Below, piece after piece: positions 1 to 11,001 of a stretch of DNA of 38,169 bases; position 1 is the first letter of the stretch, and the number at the start of each line of letters is the position of its first letter. The translations under genes were made by a program, and so were the position numbers. The stretch is from Catajapyx aquilonaris (lineage: Eukaryota). The stretch spans positions 1 through 38,169 of the forward strand of contig KZ538970.1 in the NCBI GenBank assembly GCA_000934665.2, written 5' to 3'. Under the pieces are notes generated by a model. That model had not been told where the DNA came from. It made no database searches and was given only the letters and a program-made list of their open reading frames with translations.

Positions 1-141
1 CAAGGTCAAAAAGGGGGGTGTTACACTTGTCGGAAAATTTTTTTATTTTCATATTTGAAGTTTGGGAGGTCCACTTAACAAAACCTGAAATGTGCCTTTT
101 GATCCGATAAAATTCGTCCAATGACGCTACACCCTACTGTG
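1..141. mobile_element. Right end of possible Transib-like DNA element
   Basis: Ends CCCTACTGTG (CACAGTAGGG on minus strand); the partner end would lie outside the window. Confidence 0.3.
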
Positions 142-272
142 TACCTTATGAGGGCCTGAAAAAAGTCCTCGTATTAAAGGTTTTCGGTCCTCACAAGGAT
201 AGGAAACAAGCGAAAAAAATCCTCACAAGGATAGCAATGTCTGATCACACACACACACACACCCACACACAC
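142..272. repeat. End of GGTCCTCACAAGG-motif element abutting a (CA)n microsatellite
   Basis: Repeated TCCTCACAAGGATAG motif, then (CA)n at 246-271; resembles the 17247 and 36471 elements. Confidence 0.4.
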
Positions 273-583
273 CCAGGGTGGACCAACTTCAAGTGTCGTT
301 TTATAACGGCGATTAATAGCAGTGATTTTGTGATGACGTAGCAGCGACGTGTAAAATGTCCCACTTCGGCGCCATCGAAAATATTAGCTGCCAATAGGTA
401 AATGTTCACTGTATTTACATTCACTTTCCTTACATTGCTGCATTCAGCCATTTTTAAAAAGAGGAAAACAATGTAAGGGTGTTGAAATTTTGGCCCCTCA
501 ACCTATCTCCATGTCTTTGATATGTAACGACAGCACATTCACTTCCACAAGATAATAAGCTGCATTTTTTTTTTTTTTTGCAG

Positions 584-753
584 CCGTTACTGTGGTGGAG
601 AGGATCCTACAGTTGATGAAGTTTCGTAGAATGACTCTTGAACGTCGTCATGTCCAGGCGCTGCTGGTACCTGGAATCACAGTAATAGATATGCCAGAAC
701 AGGTAGCAGAATACCCACCATACGTTCTGGAACTCATCCAAGAAAGATGCAAG
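584..753 (+). CDS. Internal coding exon of LRR (RNI/AMN1/F-box-LRR-like) gene; upstream exon(s) outside window
   Basis: Poly-T tract + CAG acceptor (581-583); stop-free frame VTVVERILQLMKFRRMTLERRHVQALLVPGITVIDMPEQVAEYPPYVLELIQERCK; donor AAG|GTATGA at 753/754, phase 0, joining in frame to 6456 (RCK|HIQILNMS). Absent from the ORF track. Confidence 0.75.
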
Positions 754-1357
754 GTATGACATCCACATAATGCGTGCTTGTATATGTAGAAGTGTCTCCT
801 CAATAAGGGATATGCAAAATCTGCAAAGGGGATATTGTACAGGGTGGTCCAACGAAAAAAGAACACTTCTTCTCTGTTAGGTCTGCTGTCCAGCAAGCAG
901 AAATATTAGGCCATTTTTAGGAGTGTAATAAAAACTGCTGCACTTGTAGCAGTTTTTTTTCCCTGTCACTCACGCCTGCCTGATCTCGAAACTCCAGTAT
1001 CTAGGCGTTAGTGGCCAATTTTTGCCTCTCCTTCAGGAAATCTATTCAAAATTCATGATAATACCACACTTTGATAGACTGCAAACCATGAAGATAACTC
1101 AAGGTCTATCCCCAAGGCGACCCGCTTAGCCCAGTACTTCTCAATCTTTTTCTTTCCGATTTGGAATCCCACTAGGACAAGGGGCTCCCCGGGGCGAATT
1201 TTGGCACTAACGCAGTGGAAATAAGGTTACTATCTTATGCTAATGACATTATTTTACTCGCTGACAACCCACTGTATTTGCAACTGAACCTCAGGATCTT
1301 GGAGCAGTATTTCCAGGCAAATTTGCTAAATATAAACCTCAAAAAGACCAAGGTACT

Positions 1358-2018
1358 GAGCCATATTCAGAGTCGTTCGCTAATGCAGCGCAAAAGTCCA
1401 CACTAACTAGTGCGACGCTTGGTCCGCATTAGCGCCACACTAGTTGCTCCCATTCAGAGTCGCCTCACTGCCTGCTTAGAGCGCTGCACTAGCAAGACGC
1501 GGTGTTGCCACGATTTCACAGTCAGGTTTTCGGACACCGTCTGGGCGATAAATGGGCTTTTAAATATTGATGCATGTCTTTTTCGATTTTAATACATTTT
1601 ATAGACCTGAAAACACATTTTAGATGATTAAATAATTAGTAATGACGAATTTACGCAAAAAAAAAATCAGAGCTGGGGTCGGCGGGCGACAATCTTCATT
1701 CGTGCTTCATTTAATCTTGATTTAATCCCCAGGCTGGGGAAACAAATGAAGATTGAGCGCCAAAAATCGCTTAGCAGCAGTTTAAAAGGCTGCTTAGTTA
1801 TTTTAAAACTACTGCCACTGCCTAGTTCGATGTTAGTTCGACGCAAAAGAAGGGGGTCCCCTTCACTAAGTTTTGCCTTAGTGCACCGCTTTAACAGGAT
1901 CGCACTAAGTCCGCACTAGGCCTAAAGCGCGACTCTGAATGCGACTTTTCTTAGTGAACTGGGTCACGTGGTTTAAAGCACTGCACTAACTTCTTGTTGT
2001 TGACTCTGAATACGGCCC
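1358..2018. mobile_element. MITE, PIF/Harbinger-like
   Basis: TIR GAGCCATATTCAGAGTC / GACTCTGAATACGGCCC; 3-bp TSD ACT; internal repeated GCACTAA motifs. Confidence 0.75.
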
Positions 2019-2218
2019 ACTGTGTTTCGAAAGAGCAGGCAGACACCCAGAACTAACTTTCCACTGGGATTCAATCCCCATCCAATGGGCAAAATCTATA
2101 CATACTTGGGCATTCCTTACTGTACTAGTGGCAATTTTTCCTCTGCCAGTCAATATTTCAAGTCAAGGGCGCTAGTGGCAATAAACAGCCTTTGGCCGGC
2201 GATGATGAACCTAAAATT

Positions 2219-2873
2219 CTGACAACCAAAGTGACTTTTCTTACCCTCCTGAATTTTGAAATTTTTTTGATTTTCTAATTCTCCTTGGCCTGTAGTTTTG
2301 AGAAAACATTACCTCCGCTGCTCATTTCCACATTAGCAGGGTGAAAATACGGCCAAAAGGCGATGTTCGGAAGCCACAACACTTGCATCCGGTCGCAAGT
2401 CGCCGGCCATTGCCCACGAGGGATAAATAGGGTACAGGCAGGCCATAAAGGTCCGCCAACTTTGATGGTGTTGCCATAGCACTTCAGGGCAAGAACACTC
2501 ATGAAGTTGAATATTTTTGCCGTAGGAGCTCCTTTAATGCACTTTTCTATGCATTAATTCCGTAAGTACGGCAAAAATATTCAAATTCATGCGTGTTCTT
2601 TCCGTGAAGTGCCATGGCAAACCATCAAAGATGGCGGACCTTTACCGCCTGCCTATACCCTATTTATCCCTCGTTGGCGATGGCCGGCGACTCGCGACCG
2701 GATGCAAGTGTTGTGGCTTCCGAACATCGCCTTTTGGCTGTATTTTCACCTTGCTAACGTGGAAATTAGCAGCGGAGGTGATGATTTCTCAACACTACAG
2801 GCCAAAGAGAATAATTAGAAAATCCTAAATTTTCAAAATTCAGGAGGGTAAGAAAAGTCACTTTGGTTGTGAG
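2219..2873. mobile_element. Foldback element with about 300-bp inverted arms
   Basis: Arms about 2219-2524 and 2567-2873 (CTGACAACCAAAGTGACTTTTC... / ...GAAAAGTCACTTTGGTTGTGAG); mirrored ORF-track peptides; no clear TSD. Confidence 0.85.
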
Positions 2874-3469
2874 ACATCCAAATTGCTTTGAAGTTGTTTC
2901 ATGCCCAAGTTGTACCAGTTCTACTCTAAGGTGTCCAGGTTTGGGACCCGGCCAAGGTGGACGTTATAGACCAGGTTCAAAAAAATTTCCTAAAAAAATT
3001 TCTCTGCCTCCCCAGGAACGCAGCAAACTATTTCTTACACTTAGAAACAGGCGTACACCCACTATGTGATTAGGATAGACTTTTTCTCATTCCTTCAAGT
3101 ATGAAACTTTATGGGTAATTTTCCCCCAAAGAAAGTAACATTGATGATGAAGTAGTCTAATTCAAGTTTAATAGTACTAAATTTACAAATTGTTACAAAA
3201 GATTACAGTAGACCCCCTATTATCTCGAAAATGGCTGCGAAGTGTGGGTTTTTACGTTCACCAGTGAATTCTACGCATGTGATTTACCCACTGAGCGATT
3301 TTTGTCCAAATCCGTTAGTGACACGTCACGGTCTTCCCTTGTAAGTTGCTTCTTTTCCTAGACATGAGAAAAGTGGCTGCTTGTGCAGATTCTCAAGGTT
3401 CCACACTAACCACAGCTTCCATTGCTGACCCACTTTTGATCTGGTGACAACCAAACATTGCTGCATATA

Positions 3470-4173
3470 GGAGGGCAGTAAATAAAATAGTGGCAACACA
3501 TCTCTAGAAAATCAGTGAAAAGTAGGAAGTTTACACCGCTTATGCCACAGATAGGTTGGGTCTTGATCTAAACTCAGGAAATAATGGGATCGCCCCTCTT
3601 CAATGTGCGCATGCGCAGTAAAAAGTATAACGTGAGCTGTTGCGATCAACCGGTCTAAAGGTGATGTTTTCTAAATTTGAGCAAAGGTGCTAGTTAAAAA
3701 TTGAAAATTTGTCATGAAGGGCTTTTACAGGCTTGTGGGGAACATGAATTGCCATATAGAACGGTTGCAAGGTGGACAAAAGCCTTCCGTCAGGGAAGTC
3801 AAAAGTGACATGTGAGCCCCATCCAAATGCAAGTGAGGAACAAGTGGCTGCTGTTTCTGCATTGATGGAGAACGATTGGAGGTAGACAGTTCGTGAGTTA
3901 GCCAGTGAGACAGGCTTGTCGAGTATGACTATCCTGAACATTCTCATGAAACATCTGGGTATGACTATCCCAGACCTTCGCACTTTAGACCGCTCTATAC
4001 GAAACATCAACCAAACCAGGGCTGCCAATGGCATCCTTCCACTTCTACATCGCTAATGACAGGTGTTACACAATGCTGGTGACTACATTGAAGGACTCTG
4101 AAAGTTTGAAGCTGCCATGTATTTCCAGTCCCAAGTAATTAAATAGTTGCCACTATTTTATTTACAGCCCTTG
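3470..4173 (+). mobile_element. Internally deleted mariner element
   Basis: TIR GAGGGCAGTAAATAAAATAGTGGCAAC / GTTGCCACTATTTTATTTACAGCCCTTG; TA TSD; HTH remnants (LPYRTVARW, TVRELASETGLS..ILMKHLGM) fused to C-terminal GDYIE; catalytic core missing. Confidence 0.85.
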
Positions 4174-4335
4174 TACAGGATCTATTAGGATTGCCTGAGA
4201 TACCTGTACCCCCATTTCATCATGACCTAGGTTGCATTCATTTGATTGGTCCAGTTCCATTTAACTTCATATTGTGTGATGGTGACATACCCAATACTGG
4301 ACTCCTGCAGATGGGAACTAAAATAATTTTGGTAA

Positions 4336-4689
4336 GGGGTCGTCCATATACCACGTGACCGATTTTCGGGCACTTTTTGCCCCCCCCCCCCTCCCCCCAG
4401 TGNNNNNNNNNNNNNNNNNNNNNNNNNNNNNNNNNNNNNNNNNNNNNNNNNNNNNNNNNNNNNNNNNNNNNNNNNNNNNNNNNNNNNNNNNNNNNNNNNN
4501 NNNNNNNNNNNNNNNNNNNNNNNNNNNNNNNNNNNNNNNNNNNNNNNNNNNNNNNNNNNNNNNNNNNNNNNNNNNNNNNNNNNNNNNNNNNNNNNNNNNN
4601 NNNNNNNNNCCCCCCCCCCCCTGTGACCAACCGTGGTATATCAGCAGACCCCTCCCCCCAAAACGGTCATGTGGTATATGGACGACCCC
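4336..4689. mobile_element. Harbinger-like MITE spanning an assembly gap (N 4403-4609)
   Basis: TIR GGGGTCGTCCATATACCAC; TAA TSD on both sides. Confidence 0.8.
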
Positions 4690-4818
4690 TAACGGGAAGT
4701 GGCTTGGAATTAGATGACATCTGCTATGCAGAAAGATAGACTGGGAATCTGCATACAACAATGAACATTAAAACTCCCCAAAAACCTGCTTAATCATAGA
4801 AATCAAGATAATAGACTG

Positions 4819-5417
4819 TGTGTTCAAATGAAACATAAAGTGAGGCTATATCTCAGGAGCTGTTTGGGCAAGTCTCCAGGGCTAAGGATTCGCCTAAACA
4901 GGCACAACTCCATCATCCTTTTTCCTCATCAAGGAAGGCACTGCACTAGTGGACATTGTTCATTGGATGCAGAAGGTGCATGGGAATGTTTGTTTCAACC
5001 ACAAGACTCTCTTCGAAAGGTATAGAGAATTTCTGTCCAGACGTGTGTGCATGGAGGACCTTTCAAGATAACATTTCCTTAGTGGTTTTCTGCACCAATC
5101 TGTCCATAAGGTGTTGTTGTTGAAGCAGGCTTTCCCACATACCCTTGGCATCCAATGGACAATGTCCACTGGTGAAGTTCCTTCCTTGTTGAGGAAAAAG
5201 GATGATGGCGAGTTATGCGTGTTTGGACGAATCCGTAGCCCTGGGAGACAGGAGACTTGCATAAAATGCTCTCCTGCCCACTACATGCATACTGACTACT
5301 AACTACTCTGCATGAAAATTATCAATGCAAGTGCCTATACTCAGAGATACCACTAGCCCTCAGCTGAGACAAATAGCTTCTGAGATATTGCCTCACTTTA
5401 TGTTTCATTTAAACACA
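4819..5417. mobile_element. Degenerate palindromic MITE (Tc1/mariner-like)
   Basis: TGTGTTCAAATGAAACATAAAGTGAGG / CCTCACTTTATGTTTCATTTAAACACA, plus internal inverted arms about 4870-4990 vs 5125-5260. Confidence 0.7.
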
Positions 5418-5820
5418 TATATAATACATACAGGGTGATCCAACTTTATGGCACCAGTAGTTATTGGAAAAATCGCGCAAGCTGCTTGTTTATAAGCAGG
5501 TCGTTGCTAAGAGATGCTTTCTGGCTCTTTCTGGAGAATCGGGAATAGCACCTGCTGATATTAGGTCCAATGCCCATGTAACAATATTAATGAGGGAAAA
5601 AAGGGTCGATCAGTGGGAAACAGGCCTGTTCTGGTGTTCGCTGGAGGGTTTCACATGAGGTCACTAGCTGCCAAACCAGAGGCCTAATCCGTCGGAACTG
5701 GACAGACCCGGGTGTGTCAATAAATAGGCCTTCTGGTCTGTTCATTGTTGGCCGCAGTTGGCGCAACTGAGACAGGTCAACAGGCAGCGTTGTTTAGTTA
5801 CCAGTCTTAGCAACGCTGCC

Positions 5821-5843
5821 TATATATATATATATATATATAT
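5821..5843. repeat. (TA)n microsatellite
   Basis: Direct reading. Confidence 0.9.
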
Positions 5844-6455
5844 TTGGCGTCCGGAGTAGTGGCTGGTGGCGAGGGGGCTTGATTTGGCGAAGTAACGTAT
5901 TGCATAGTGTAATATTTAAATTTAATATTCAGTGTCTGTCGTCTGAGATGGGCAGGGGTGGGGTGTGGGACGGGTAGTTTATAGTTTTATTTTCACTAGT
6001 TTTAATTTAGTTCATATGTGGGGTTAACTTGCATCTCCCTTCATCGCTGACTACCCCTCATAGGGAAATGTCGTGATGATGTTGTTGTTGTTGTATTAAT
6101 AATATAAATATTATAATATGTATATTGTGCCTTTGGGGATCATGCTCAAGCTTATTTTACACCCAATGGCAACTGATGGCCAAAATGTAAATATGAAAGA
6201 TTGCAATCAGATATTGAGGTCTGTTTGTGTGTAAATACCAGTAATGTCTGCAGAGGAAAATTCAGAAAGTTCATTTTCAATTATTTTTACAATATGGATT
6301 TCAAAGTACATGCCTTCCCATTGACTGTCAGAAGAGTGATACAATGTTTTCCTAAAAATTTAAGAGCTAGTATCTAGTAAGCATGTTAGAAATGAGATGC
6401 AGTATAATAGTCATACATTTCCCCCCCCCCCCCNCCCCCCCCCCCCCTTTTCCAG

Positions 6456-7622
6456 CACATCCAAATCTTGAACATGTCCAGAGTTGACATGGACCTAAGT
6501 GACGCACTTCAAGGAACTCTTACTGCGCTCAAGTGCCTGAAAGAGCTTCATCTCCGTCAGTGTGATGTAACTGACGACAACTTAGCTGCGCTGGGGTCCA
6601 GCATTAGCTCTCTAACTGTTTTGGATGTCTCTGAGTGCCCAAAAGTCACTGATGCTGGTGTCAAATCACTTTGCGTTCCATTCACAATGGACAAGAGACG
6701 GTGTGGTCAGTGCAAGGAGTTGGTGAAACTTTCCCTACTGAAGACGAACGTGACAGAGGTTGGACTCCATGTTGCATTTACAAACCTGCCTAAACTCAAG
6801 GTTCTTAAGCATGAGAAGTCAACTGAAGTTCTGTATTCAATGCGTGGTTCGTTGTCCCATCTGCCAATTAGTACCGTACGTGTCAATCAAGGATCTTGCC
6901 ATGTGCTGTATACTTGCCTTCAGCTACATCCCACTATTGAGAAGGTGATTCTGAATGACATTGTTCATAATGAGACATGTCATCATGATAGGGCTATTTT
7001 GGCGAACATAAAGGTGCTAGCACTTTATCAGCGTCAAGATAGGTGTATGATATTTGAGAGGAGGGGTTGGTTTGCTCTAACCCAGGATTGTGGGAAGTCA
7101 TTAAGTGTACTTAAACTGGAAAATCTGTCGAATGTAAATGTGTCAGCCATCGCAACAGCATGCCCAGTTTTGCAGGAGCTGGAAATGAAGAGCAACCAGT
7201 ACATTACTACAGTTCACTTTAAACATGAATCATTTCCTAACTTGAAGAAGTTGAAATTGGTTGGTGAAATGCACACTGCAGGCAATGACCTTGGTGTTGA
7301 TGACCTGAAGATGCTACTCAACTCTCCAAAATTGACGCACATCACCCTTGTCTTTGTGCCGAATATATCTGCTGTGATGCCTCATGTGTTCACAGCGCGT
7401 GGATCCATTCACTTGTGCCGTTTTGAGATGCATGACTTTCACTATCATCGAGGAATTTGGACCAAGATTTTAAACGCCATTGGTTACAGGAAAGGCATGA
7501 CTTTGACAAAGAAATACTTGCTCAGATTGAGGGATTACTGTCTTCCCTATGGAGTAATGGAGAGAGAAGGCCAGGAGGTGTTTTTTGGGACCAATTCGTT
7601 CAAGTGTGATATGGTGTGGTAA
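6456..7622 (+). CDS. Terminal coding exon of leucine-rich-repeat protein (cysteine-containing/RNI-like LRRs)
   Basis: Acceptor TTTTCCAG ending 6455; 384-aa ORF with LxxLxL repeats (LKELHLRQCDVTD, LTVLDVSECPKVTDAGV, LVKLSLLKTNVTE, CPVLQELEM, FPNLKKLKL); stop at 7622. Confidence 0.88.
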   Translation, partial: HIQILNMSRVDMDLSDALQGTLTALKCLKELHLRQCDVTDDNLAALGSSISSLTVLDVSECPKVTDAGVKSLCVPFTMDKRRCGQCKELVKLSLLKTNVTEVGLHVAFTNLPKLKVLKHEKSTEVLYSMRGSLSHLPISTVRVNQGSCHVLYTCLQLHPTIEKVILNDIVHNETCHHDRAILANIKVLALYQRQDRCMIFERRGWFALTQDCGKSLSVLKLENLSNVNVSAIATACPVLQELEMKSNQYITTVHFKHESFPNLKKLKLVGEMHTAGNDLGVDDLKMLLNSPKLTHITLVFVPNISAVMPHVFTARGSIHLCRFEMHDFHYHRGIWTKILNAIGYRKGMTLTKKYLLRLRDYCLPYGVMEREGQEVFFGTNSFKCDMVW

Positions 7623-7870
7623 TATCTTATGCATTTAAGATGGCTACTTCCAACTTTTCATGTGGAAGTAAAGTCAAGACTGAAGAGGACTTCCTTTCTC
7701 TCTGTTTTATTTTTTAAGGTCATGTTTCGGATTATTCAGATGTTCAAGTTGAATTAACAATGGGGGAGGATTTGATTAAAATTCTTTGTAACAACTGAAG
7801 TAGATTAGTGACATATGTGCCATGTCTGCATTTATGGTATGTGTAAGATCCTTGTAATCCGATGAATAAT

Positions 7871-7876
7871 AATAAA
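7871..7876 (+). promoter_or_regulatory. Candidate polyadenylation signal of LRR gene
   Basis: AATAAA about 250 bp after the stop, followed by TG-rich sequence. Confidence 0.5.
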
Positions 7877-7958
7877 ACCATTCCTGAACATAATTTGCAT
7901 GTGTACCTACTTGCTTTTCATAGTAAACCCCTTACATGTGTACATAATGCTGCATTAA

Positions 7959-8466
7959 GGGGGCGCATTAGCAAAAAAATACGGTAACAATCGGTAACAA
8001 TGCGAGCCCTTGGCGACCACGTAAACAAACTCGCGTATGCATGGACAGCATATGGGGATTCAACATGTCTACGCTTCTGCGGCCTTACGGCCGCAAAAAT
8101 GGAGCAATGGACACAAAAATTACACCAAAAAATAAGACATGATCTGGCGCAGGGCACCTTCGTCGTCATTTTACCATTTTCGGCCTAGAAGTGACCTTTT
8201 CATCGAGTTGAAGTGAAAGGAAAATGGCGTTCCCGAGAAGTCCATTTGAATAACATGGCGGCAGGAACCCGACAAAGGTCGGGAACGCTTCTGCGCCCGT
8301 ATGTCCACAATTTTAATGCAATCATATCGAGTATGGTACCATAGTAAAGGCCAAACCTTTGCGTAGGGCGCCTTCGTCGTGATTTTTCCGATTAACGGTG
8401 CGTTTCGCCACAAAAAATAAAATTCCCTCAAAAATGCGCCTACCGTATTTTTACTAATGCGCCCCC
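7959..8466. mobile_element. Kolobok-like MITE
   Basis: TIR GGGGGCGCATTAG..AAAAATACGGTA; TTAA TSD on both sides; purine-starting ends. Confidence 0.78.
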
Positions 8467-8494
8467 TTAACATAGAAGTTTTAGCCCCATGGTA

Positions 8495-8770
8495 TATTTT
8501 TATTTTTTTATTTTTTTATTTATCATACCCCGTGCTAGAGCCTTTGGCTCCCTTAGGGGGGTGGATTACCACCATTGGATGGGACCAGGGATAGGGAAGG
8601 ATGGAAGCAGCTGTGGCCTATTTTTTATGGAAACGACCCCGGAATTGTCCTGGAGGGGACCATGGAAAACCACAGAAAACCATGGTCAGGGTCGCCGGCC
8701 CCGGGATTCGAACCCAGGACCTCCCGATTAGCAGGCCGGCTCCTTATCCCCTACACCAACCTGCTTCGGT
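8495..8770 (-). mobile_element. tRNA-derived SINE (family A)
   Basis: Minus-strand A box TGGTGTAGGGG and B box GGTTCGAATCC; A-rich tail; TSD AGCCCCATGGTA (8483-8494, 8771-8782). Confidence 0.88.
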
Positions 8771-9143
8771 AGCCCCATGGTACGCGTATATACAATCAAT
8801 CCATCTCAACCTGTTAGAAAGTTACTCCGAATGTTGCAGAGGGTGTTCATTAGGGATAGGAAAATATGGGTAGAAATCGGGTAGGCTGCCCAAAACTGCT
8901 GGGTAAGACCACCAGATCTCACCAGATCAAGCAGGAGAGAGTTCCGTTGTGTGTCTTGTTAAATGTGCTGAGCTGGAATGCTATTGGTTGATGAATGTAC
9001 TGCACTCTTGCCATGCCATTTACACCTCTCTACTAGCAGGGAGTAGTTCACAACATAATAATACTTACCCCTTGATTGGCCTGTGCCTCTTAGTTATCCT
9101 TTTTATTATATAAATTTTTGACTTACTTATTCGTACTCATTAA

Positions 9144-9405
9144 CCCTGGAACTGTGACATGGGGTCTTTTAGGACCCCAAAGGAATTAAATGCATTAAAA
9201 TGATAATTACAATGAACTGTGGCCATTTAAAAAAAGTATGTAACAGGAAGTGCATGTTTATTTTGAATTAGTGATCATTTTAGGCATTGTTCAAAGAATG
9301 ATTGCATAAACTGTATAGTCAATACATTGAAAAGTATTATATAAAAATTAATAAAAATTAAAATATGGATGGGGTCCTAAAAGACCCCACGTCACGCTTC
9401 CAGGG
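9144..9405. mobile_element. piggyBac-like MITE
   Basis: TTAA|CCCTGGAA..GTGAC.TGGGGTCTTTTAGGACCCCA with inverted copy ending CAGGG|TCAA. Confidence 0.72.
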
Positions 9406-10689
9406 TCAATGATGGATTTTCATTGTTGGAGGAAACAGAAACAGGTAACCCTGAGAAGACCCCTGCAACTATCTCCTGCCTGCCAAGTGGGATAAATATT
9501 TTAAACCTTCCCCATCCAGGCAAGTCCGATGTGATGCAGCACATGGTACTATAGGGCCCCTAACATCCAATAGCGAATTTGTTGTCAAATCAATTGCATT
9601 TCGCACTCATGACTAGAAGCGAGTGATATCTGTTAATTGCGATTTTGTACTAGCAATTATTTTAAAGAACGGCGCTCTTTTTGCCCCGTGCACGCCCCGT
9701 GGTAGTTCCGGCCAAGGTTCGAGTCTAACCAGAGTGCGCAGTACTCCTGGTCTGTGATTGGTTTTAAGGCGGATGACGCGCTTGGTTCCCGGGAAGTCGC
9801 GGCAGTTCAAAAGGGCTGGGAGTCCAACCATTTTTCTGCATCCCACTGACGGAAAGGTGACGTCTCGTTGAATTTTGCGACGGGTGGTATGGCCGCGGAT
9901 GTAATGTTGAGAGTGAAATTTGCCAAAAATGAAACTCGTTAACCACATAGAATCGCACCCAAAAAATCAGGTAGACAGGAGGGGAAGCGAACACCTCTTG
10001 GAGGACAAACCTCGTATGCGTAGCAAGGCTCACGTACACGTACTCCCAACAATATCTTATGTCTGGACCACGTATCCCACTTCTGACACCACATTTAAAT
10101 GTGACAAAACTGGTACACATAACACGTGGATCGGGGCACAGGCAATTTATTTCTCATGGGGATGAGGGATGAGGAGGCTCTGTCCGACTGGCCACGAGCG
10201 CGCAGAGCATGGTGGGAAAGGAGAGACTACGGTCAGTACGATGTATGATGAGAGTTGGGTAGGTCGCAAAAAAGCAGGTGTCGGAAGAAAAATGGGGGCA
10301 ATCAAAGAGGGTCACACTTGGGATATATACACCGTACTGTATATAACTTCACTAGATCAATATAAATTGAACCGGGCAGTACATGATATAAATAGGTGAA
10401 AATAAACCAAAAAAAAGGGCATGGTCGTAACATAACACGTAATAACAAGTAATCAATGGAATTAGAACACGGTGCACGTCGATAAGTCATTGTCCAAGGC
10501 GACCTATGGGGGGGTTGCTTTTATTATAATTTAAAATTGTTTATTTCATATAACAACAAAGAATAAGGCGTTTTCCAAATTCCTGATCGTCATCGCTTCA
10601 CCAACAAATACACACGACAAATCAGTAGTCATACACACGGCCATAAAGCGACACATTTCACGTCTGTAGGTATGATCTCATAAGCTTTG

Positions 10690-10843
10690 CGTCGAGAGCG
10701 TGAACCCGTGACGTCACACAGGCTCGTGACGGCAACACTTTTTTTCCCGCGCATCGAGATTGCGCTTCCTGTCTTCTTTAGAGGGTGAGAGAGGCAGACG
10801 AGTGCAGTTTGCGCCTGGCAACCATCGTGAGAAGGCCAGTGAA
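10690..10843 (+). promoter_or_regulatory. Probable myosin V promoter and 5'UTR exon
   Basis: CpG-rich; palindromic CRE GTGACGTCAC (10708-10717); ETS-like CTTCCTG; GGCAAC half-sites; donor GAA|GTAAGC at 10843/4 with a plausible acceptor CTTCCAG ending 10932. Confidence 0.5.
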
Positions 10844-10974
10844 GTAAGCTCTACCAGCTCTACCTGTCACTAGGCCTCGCCTCATGGATCGGTGGCTGAC
10901 GCAGGTCAGCGTGTGAGACTAGGTGCTTCCAGCCAGGTGGAGGACACCAGGTGTCGGACACTCCAGCAGACGCC

Positions 10975-11001
10975 ATGTTGAACAGGGAGCTATACTGCAA
11001 G
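10975..11001 (+). CDS. didum: Myosin V first coding exon (MLNRELYCK)
   Basis: GCCATG Kozak context; ELYxK N-terminus typical of myosin V; donor AAG|GTAAGA, phase 0 into RARVWLPD at 17948. Confidence 0.8.

Larger units (their letters stand above)
985..3070 (+). mobile_element. Decayed non-LTR retrotransposon (LINE) RT fragment interrupted by two insertions
   Basis: KLQYLGVSG, QGDPLSPVLLNLF, LSYANDIILL (YADD variant), KTKV|VFRK, YTYLG, KLFHAQVVPVLL*GVQVW; contains stops and frameshifts. Confidence 0.8.

Noticed and set aside
838..870. Solo CAGGGTG Tc1-like ends (also about 274 and 5431)
   Set aside because: No matching opposite TIR located, so extent cannot be supported.
4238..4761. ORFs with X runs
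   Set aside because: Artefacts of the N gap.
8690..8770. tRNA genes (also about 13865, 25260, 25690, 37548)
   Set aside because: No complete cloverleaf; each continues into a SINE body, mostly with tail and TSD.
9061..9072. U1 snRNA 5' end (ATACTTACC)
   Set aside because: Downstream sequence does not match U1.
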